Made by a program: the position numbers and the translations under genes | Assembly (NCBI GenBank): GCA_051362555.1 | Contig: CM120641.1 | Span: forward strand, 10,106,001-10,170,000 | Reading direction: 5' to 3' | DNA: 64,000 bases | Source: Lingula anatina | Taxonomy: Eukaryota; Animalia; Brachiopoda | Notes under the pieces: generated by a model | What the model saw: only the letters and a program-made list of their open reading frames with translations | Databases searched by the model: none | Told to the model about the DNA's origin: nothing | In this document: positions 41,001 through 49,797 of the stretch, one piece after another | How the letters are laid out: every line of letters starts with the position of its first letter | Position numbering within the stretch: the stretch's first letter is position 1

Positions 41001-44000
41001 CCCATGTCCTGTTAAAAATGTACATTGCCCAAACATGTGTATTCTAATGATAACAGCCAAATAGAGTGAAACTGCACTCAAAATTATTATTTGAAGTTCA
41101 AAACACAATTACAGTGTATGAGAAATATATGTACGGTGACTTACTTTAAACTTTTGTGGCAATTTTTTTTCAGTGCTATTTCCACAAACAATGAGTGTAA
41201 TATCTAAATTATTCTCACATCACATGTGGTAATGACTCTATCTTTACAATGGGGTAAATTTTGAATTTTACAGATTCTGTATTTTTTAAGTCATAAATTC
41301 TTAAAATAAAAACATTCCTATTCAGTGGTGGCAGCAATATTGCAAAGGAGGCTACCATATACTATGGTATATGTTCTATTCTATACAGTAAAAGTACTAA
41401 AAACTGCTTCACGGAAATATATTTTTAATGATTCCATAACTATGTATCTAAAAGACTGATAATGTTTCCCCATTGGAAAGATTGAGTCATTGAAATACCC
41501 CTTTTTTTTACTACTCCAGTTACACATGTATGATAAATCAAGATTCCTTTACATGACCAAAAGATGTTTTGAAATAAATTACTCCAGAACAAACTTAAAA
41601 TTTGTTGCTTTTCATTCTTGCTTATCACCAAGACATACAAGTACCTATTTTGGCATGACACACACCATTCATTCATTCATTCATTCATTCATTCATTCAT
41701 TCATTCATAATTAGAATATGGTCCAAGTGTTGCAACAATACTTTTTTCTTTAAATCACATAAGTCACCTCTAATTTTGAAATCTCCTGTTGCAAAAAAGA
41801 TTCCCTCTCTTCACAGATTTTATGGCTTTGTTGTGCAGTCTGATCAGAGGGCATTGCACTGGTATTATGTATCTCTTGGCAAAACTTGGAACTTGACTTT
41901 GCTTGTTCACAAACCTGAAAAAAAAAACAACTAGATGTGTACACACTTCTGTCAAATACAGAATATATAAAAAAGGCAGGCATACATACAGAAAAACCTA
42001 CAAACAACAAGTCCCAATTAATGACAAGGAAGCAGTCAAAAGTACATACACATATAATAGACATAATTCTAAGCAGGAATCAACGTTGACAGTGCACAGA
42101 ATAATATCAAATGATAATTTACAGCAAAATCTAGCTTTTAATTGTATGCTACTGTTAATGTGGTCATTAAGAAAATTTAATTGTTAAAGACCTTAAGGAC
42201 CATGGGAATTTAAAGTCACAACTTGACAATAAGCAAAAAATTCACAAAAAAACTGCATAGCTTCAAGAAAACGGTATAAAAAGATGCTATTTGATCTCAG
42301 TCTGTATTTTGGTGGTATGAATTACCCAAGATTGAGAAAAATAAATCACATGGTTATCTAATGCTGTGGCTGGACATGATAATAGAAAAAGCATTGTCAA
42401 GAAGACCTTCCTACCTCCTGAGACACCTGTGTGAGGACAAACATCAGAGGGTGGTCCATTCTGTATGGCAGATAGCTCTGGAATGCCTGTATATTTTGCA
42501 CTGGTTTAGAAATCATGTCTCTCCTGAGTTGAAGAAAATTGTGACAAAGATGGACTTCTCTACACATGCACTGAAAGGAAAAAAGATGGGGATGTAATCC
42601 TTTGGTTACCTGACTCATGCATATGTATCAATTTGATGGATATAATTAATATAAAATGTCGTCAGGAAAGAAATATAAATAAGACTAAATTCATTTCTGC
42701 ATATATGTATTAATTTTTGGGATTATCTATATCTACTTCACAAAAGAAACTATTAATTCTTTTCTTTCAATATCAAGTCACATAATATATATTTCTACAC
42801 ATATTACCTTAGTGACCTGTGAAGAACATAGTCTACAGACATGGTGTGTTGTCTCAAGATCAAGAAACCATCTTGGCACATCTATAAAGCTCCCATGGCT
42901 TTTACATGGCTGAAAAAAATTAATAAAAAACAGAACCAACAACAACGGAATAAAAACTAAATCAGCTGTTCCAGAACATTTTCATGATATTGATATTTTT
43001 CACCTCATCAATTTTTATTGAATGATTTAATCAACTACTCTTCATTACAGCCAGTTTTACTTTCCTTAAATTTTCATATCATATATACATGTAGCTTTAA
43101 ATTTGATATACCCTCCCAAAAATTAAATGAAACAACTATAATAATATCTTGTTCTCCACAATCTTTTGATAAAAATATCTTTATTTTAAAACGTAAATGT
43201 TAATACATGTACAAGGTATATATTTATCACCTCCAGTACATTCTCAGGATGGTCAACCACAGAGATGCAGGCCAGGCTTAGTGTTGGCTCTGCCATCTGG
43301 GCAAGGCAAACGGCATGTTGCAAGACCTGCCTGTGTTCAGTAGAAAGAGTAGAGAAAGGAATGATAGTTCTGGATGCAGCCCTGTGGACAGCCAAAGCAT
43401 CAACCACACTCATGTGCTGTCCTGACTTGTATAAGATGTCCAACAAAGTCTGGTTGCACAGTACCACCTGTAGAGCAAAGATGTTTCATTTAGTTCTGGT
43501 CAGTCTCAAAATTGAACACGTTTAACGCGGATTACTGAGTTTTTTGAAAAAGAGTCAAAATGCTACAGAAATATACATGTATCTTCCATACTTATGTTAA
43601 AGTGATAGAAACCATGGCAACAGACTGCATATTATTGTATTATATGTACATATTCTAAAAATATCAAAGTCATACCTTTCTCTGCAATTCTTTTTTAATC
43701 ATATCAAGCTCTTCCTCAGTTGCTTGATTACTGACTGGAAAAGCTTCTTCTCCATATTCTCTGGCAATATATTTTTATAGATTTATTATATAAAATGATT
43801 AATTTACATGCCTTAAAAGTTTAAATCTGAACTTTGTGGGCAAGAAATATTTTTGTTTTGCTAATCAATTCAGATTTAAAGGGACAAAAAATAGGATTAA
43901 AAACGCCTTTTTAGTGCATGGATTGCTTCTTTTTTAACTTATCTGAGAACAATTGCTATGGGGAAAGCATAAAATGGCAGGTAAATGGCCTTAATCAATA

Positions 44001-47000
44001 TCGAAAAAAAGAATCATATTCACCGTCCACTTTCGAACCCCGGGCGTCAGCCATCTTGACACAGTTTGAAATAACGCGGCTTCTCGACTCAGATACGAGA
44101 TGTAAACAATGCAGACAGCATGTCGTTTCGAAGGTGAGCGTGGACGTGAAGGAGAAGAGGAATTGCTCACCGAATCTTTGCAGGTAAGCGAGTTATATTT
44201 ACCAAAAGTACTTTAAAATGGGAAGATGGCAGTGGAAATCAAAATGTCTGGCAGAGGAAGTTAAAAAGCGTAGATAACTGCTAATAATTAACGTTTCCTC
44301 GGGTAACGCACTCGCAGCCAAATCACTCGCACTGGATACGTACTACTAGTTATATGAAGCGAGATAGTGCACTTTACCCCTGAGGTGTATAGTTCTGTAA
44401 AGCAGGAGGAATACCCTTTTCTGCTCAATGTGGTCATCTACCAGTACTTACAGACTAACCTCACACCATATTCTCGCAGGGGAATCCCATGAGATATACA
44501 ATGTAACTCGAGTACTAGTGGGGTTAGAGGGTGTTCTTTGTACGGCACGTAACTACGTTAGCTTATTTGTAAATTTAATAATATTGTCAATGAATATGAT
44601 TATAAGGAATGATTTTTTAGCCTTTCAGAGGAGGAATTGGGTGATACACCCCTTCAAGCACGAGTGAAGAGATCAAGTATGTTTATAATTTTAGCAGTAT
44701 AACATGGGCGGATCCAGGATTATTTGAAAGGGGGGGGGGGGTCCGCGGATGCAAAGCCGACCCCCCCTAGTTGGCGTGGGGTCCTGGGCCTGCTTAAAAC
44801 TTTGGTATTTTAGAGGGTGAACAGTGCCATTTGGTATGGTTTAGCACTTTACTGTAGTAAATTAGCTAGTCAAAATTCTAATTCCAAGTGGGGAATATTA
44901 GTGTGATTTTTTTACATCAGTTCTTTGAAACCATGTGTGATTATGTTATTTCTTCTTGTGGCCTTTATGATTTAATGCAGCTGCAGATATTTAAATTTAA
45001 TTTTTTTTTTGCCATAATCAGACTTGCTTCTTTATAATAAGCTGGTTATCATGTAGTGATCATGCCCTCTAATTTGTTGATTTTTGTTAAAGAATAGTGC
45101 TGTTATGATAATATCAATACATTTTTTTCTTTATAACCATTTTATGTAATTTTACTATTACAGTGCCTCAAGTTATGTCTGGAAAACTCATACCAGGAAG
45201 CACTCCAATCTTACAATACTGCATCACTTCAATGTCGGTGTGACAAGTTGTGTAAAAGACTGCTACAAAAAATTTGCAGCGATGACCACATGATCCACCA
45301 CCTTTTACCAAAACCGAGTGAACAGTTTTATATTATAATGCCCATGTACATGTATTTAAAGTGACAAGACTGAGATCAGCGAGAGCCTCAAGGCCTTTAT
45401 TTTCTGTGCATTGTCAACTCTTCAATAATTTTATAATTTTGTCAAATACATCTAAAGATTCAATTCTAATGCAATACTTGAAAACTTTTTTAGAATATAT
45501 TTTAATGTCGAACATGTTTTTCTAAGAACTAGCCCTTTAGTAAATTAACATGTACTATCCAACTGTTATTATTAATTAACATATTGTTATGTAGAGATTA
45601 TGAATGAAATAAAAGTTTAAATATTGAAACATCTTTTATTTATATTTGGCAAAAATACAAGAATAAACAAAGTTTGCTACATAAGTTTGGAATTTGGCCA
45701 AATCATCTTTATTATTACCTGTCACATGTAATGAATAAGACATACACAGATTCTGTAAGCTAGAATGCATAATTATTTTCATACTCATTAATGCCATCTT
45801 CATAAATAAGCCTTCTATTCAAGCATTCACAAACTTTCACATTGTGCAGTACACATTATAGTATGATAACATTTTTGAGAGAGACTTATTAATAGCCAGG
45901 CTATCATGTTAAGAGTCTGATGTACATGCAGACCCATGAGGACTGCAGATCAACAAATTATCCCCCTCTCTGTCAGTGTATTGACTCATGTGAGCTGTCT
46001 CCATGCAAAGGGATGTGTCATAAGAAAGGACCAACCCAACTTACACAAACAAATTGTTTCATCAGTAAGATATTCACACATACTTTTCCAAGATGTGCAG
46101 GGAATAAATAGAAAGGTATAAATATTTCTTTAAAAAATACAGGCATAGCTTCCCTGCATGAATTCTAAATAATGGCTGAGTGGAGAATTGAATACAGGCA
46201 CAAGTGTTCACTCAAACCATTTTTGTAGGTCTTAAAAGAAATGACATGCAGTCATTTGCCAAATACAGAATTTTATGCTGTAACAAAGTCACAAAACTGC
46301 AACTGGTGATCTTACAAAATCTAACAACACACTGGTTTAAAATCAAGTTGAAATCACCAGTACCATATTCCATAATACATTTGATGTCATTTAGATTTAA
46401 GAAGTAAATGCTGGACCAAAATGGTTTATTCTCAATATCAGGCATGTGACTTAGGTTTGGGAGGAAAGACCACCTTGATTTCCAATCTGTCTGCATTATA
46501 GCATACATGTAAGTGCTAGATGGTTTGAAGTCAGCAGATTATGCTTTGTCACATTGGCAAGATGAGTTCACTGAATATATCCTGTAAGCAGCACTCGAAA
46601 GTCAGGAAAAGTCTCTCACTATCCAACTCGTCCCCGCTTTGGACCCTCAAGAAAAGTTCATCTTTTTTTGGTGGAGAGCCATGGAGTTCCTCTTCCATGT
46701 AAAAAACTCTTCTTCAGGACATCATACTGGCAGTTGCTCATAACCTTTAGGTCTAAAAAAGCAAATCAAAATAATAATAATAATAATTTATTAAGATTGC
46801 AACCCAGTGGGTTGAAGTTGTACATAGTGTTAAGAAAATTACAATGAAAATAAAGTGAATATTTGCTTGAATAAAACTGAGTTAAAAGACTGCTAATTGA
46901 ACTTTAAAATTATTGTACTTAGGATAAAAGACAACATAATACTATTGGAAATTTAAAGTGCATACGGAATAAAAGAGCATCAGAATCTGTCGGTCTTAAA

Positions 47001-49745
47001 TTGTGGCACTTTGTTACTATTGTTTGATCTTAAAAGACGATTGGATTGATCAATAAAGATGTGATTCAGTTTGTCAGAGGATTCAGTTATTTTGTAAAAG
47101 AAAGTTTTGCACAGATCTCTTCGTTTATCTAAAGTACACATATGCCAGGTTCAGGGTTTCATCATAGTATAGGTCAGGGAAAATAATCTTCAAAGCACGA
47201 GTTTGGTCAGTCTCTTAGAGTTTGCATTGCTCTATAGTTAGTCCAGGATGCCACACAGGGCAGGCATATTCTAGAATTGAGTGCACAATACTTTGGTAAA
47301 TCTTAGCTCGTTTCAGTTGACGGAGGAAATAGAGTCTTGCATTATGTTTACATTATGTGTTGCCAATTTGGAAAAAAAATTGATAAAAGATAAATCATGC
47401 ACCTATATGCCTAATATATGAGGAGTGAATATCAGTTTATTAAAATTCTGCTTACTCTAAAGACATGTTTAAGTCCCATGTTGGATCATCAGGATCCTTT
47501 AATTCCCTCTTCTTCAGCATCTTCCTCCTCTTCCATCTGCACTTCTTCCAGTTCAGGCATACCATAGGAAAAAGTTACCTTGATACTGCAACCAAAAAAA
47601 AAAAAAAAAAGCAACAGTACATAAAATAAGATAATCGAGTTTGAGAAAAATTATGTAAAAACATAACTGAAATAAGTATAAAACTCAACTGAAATAAGTA
47701 TAAATGCCATTTTTCTCAATATGATCACCTTAAATTATCTAGACTGTCATCTTCAACTGCACTAGTATTAACTACAGTACAACTTAATTTTGAAGTTTCT
47801 TGATCACTTCATATTGGTTTAATCTCCGAAATACTGGTTGGAAGTTAAAATTGTATGATCTAAATTATTACTCTGGACTATTTAATACATGAGAGATATG
47901 TACCAAACATAAACATGCAATATCCCCTTTTTGATTTATTTATTTTTAATGTAAAAAGGAGACAAATTGTCTTTAAAATATAATATCAAAATACTACTAT
48001 TTATTTTCACTTATAGTTGACATGCCATTTAACATTGGGTTAAACTTAGATACAATAACAGCTTCTGCACATTCATTTTGGGATTTAGATGCCTAAAGAA
48101 ATAGCATCTTTGTCATATGTCTTAATTACTGTGGTATGCCTAGATGTTAGAGGCACAAGAAATGTGCCCTCGGTAAGTCAAAAATTCGCCCTGGTCATTG
48201 TAATGTATATGTAATGAGACTAGTATCTCCCACCATGTCCGTTTTTATTTAAACTTTCTTTGCTCTATAAACTAACCCAAACCCTGTCAGAGTCGACATA
48301 TGAGCAACACTTGCAATTTCTGTCATCGATACCACTCATATTAGTTACAATTTCATGGCATATTTTGACAGACGAGCCTGACAATCGTTAAGATACACAA
48401 CGAACACACGTAAATAAACATAAATCTCTGTGCTTAATAAATATTTTCACTGGTGTCTTATCTCAAAGATAATTGTAAATGGTACTCACAAATCCAGTAA
48501 ATACTTCGCGGCCAGGCCATTCTTCGTATCCATGGCCACCCAAGCAGGTTTTCATCTGCCTTCTTCCTCGCCGGTGTTTATTGTTTGCCTGTCGTACATT
48601 TGCTGATACACTGTTTTACGCATGTTTTTTGTAAAGGCTGTTTCTTTTTTCTTTTTGTTATCTGTCTTCGCTTCTTCGAAGGACTCCCAGCATAACTGAG
48701 CCTCCTGTTTCACGTTGTCCTTTCCCGGCAGCTTGAACTGGTTTTAACTAGGTCGCAATACGAGAATCTCGCGAGATCCGGAAGTCTAGAGAGCTCAATT
48801 ATGAAAATGGAGGTGGTTGTTGGTAAACCTCCGCTTAAGCGGAGGTTTTCTTTTTATTGTATTTTCCAAAAATGTTACAGAGCGATGGCGAGTGCCGGGA
48901 ATGATAGATTAAAGGTTGGTAAATCGCGGAAAAGTAGTGTTAACCTCGGGATAAATCAGGATAAATCAATTTTGGCGCGAAAATCCTCTTTTGTGTCCTT
49001 TTAAGCGATACAAGAACAACAATATTTAGTTAAAACAACAACATGGTAATTTTGTGTCTTTGCTTGGGAAAAATTTTGGAGAACCTGGGCATTGATCCCA
49101 GTACCTCTCACATGCTAAGCGAGCGCTCTACCATTTGAGCTAGATCCCCTCATAGAGTAACCAGGAATATAACAGCTTTAGGTTCCTAGTTTGCATGACT
49201 TAAAATAATTACATAGTCAAAGGGCTAAGATGAACTATCCAGTAAATGTTATTACTTTTAACATGGCATTTTCCTTTTCATGTTTGGTTGAACACTAAAT
49301 TCAATTTATCTTTATCATATCTTTCGGGACAAATGACTTTAAGACTACATGTAAGTCATTAAACAGTTTGATTCCACTCATCTGTTACATGTGTTAATGT
49401 GTCAATATTCAATCATGTATACAATGTACACATAAGTTCATATCTCAAGCAATGAGAGGGGAGGGCAGGTTAACTGAGGAACAATATGGTTATATGTACC
49501 TCAGCATGACCAATTCTAGTACATTTAAATGTACCAGTATACATAATAGATTTATAAATTGTCTTCTACAAATAGTTGGTCTAAAGCAATTTCAATTAAA
49601 ACAGTGCTGGATGTGGCCTTTTACAGGTACTTACAGAGAAAATAGATTAGCCATCAACAGGGCCACATTGGAACTGGTATACTGACAAGCATGACGGACA
49701 TCTCGATGTTTGCTACACACAATACAAATAACAGTGATAACCGAA

Positions 49746-49797
<52 letters not shown>

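Larger units (their letters stand above)
43880..49000. mobile_element. Decayed Kolobok-type DNA transposon (~5.1 kb) in intron 8 of the GHKL-RING gene
   Basis: TTAA at 43876-79 and 49001-04. Imperfect TIRs starting with purines: AGGGACAAAAAATAGGATT versus AAGGACACAAAAGAGGATT. Two inward-pointing spliced gene relics inside. Confidence 0.7.

Noticed and set aside
38004-44054. Stand-alone RING gene starting at ATG 44054
   Set aside because: That exon ends in phase 1 while exon 43760 needs phase 2; the upstream ATPase exon supplies the right phase.
44381-44402. let-7-like miRNA (TGAGGTGTATAGTT)
   Set aside because: The seed differs from UGAGGUAG, and the fold is branched rather than a simple pre-miRNA hairpin.
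44381-44503. Telomerase RNA 3' domain (CR4/5-like three-way junction plus H/ACA)
   Set aside because: No CUAACCCU-type template upstream on this strand, and the small loop (UCAU) lacks the conserved P6.1 U/G residues. Kept only as an unassigned structured RNA.
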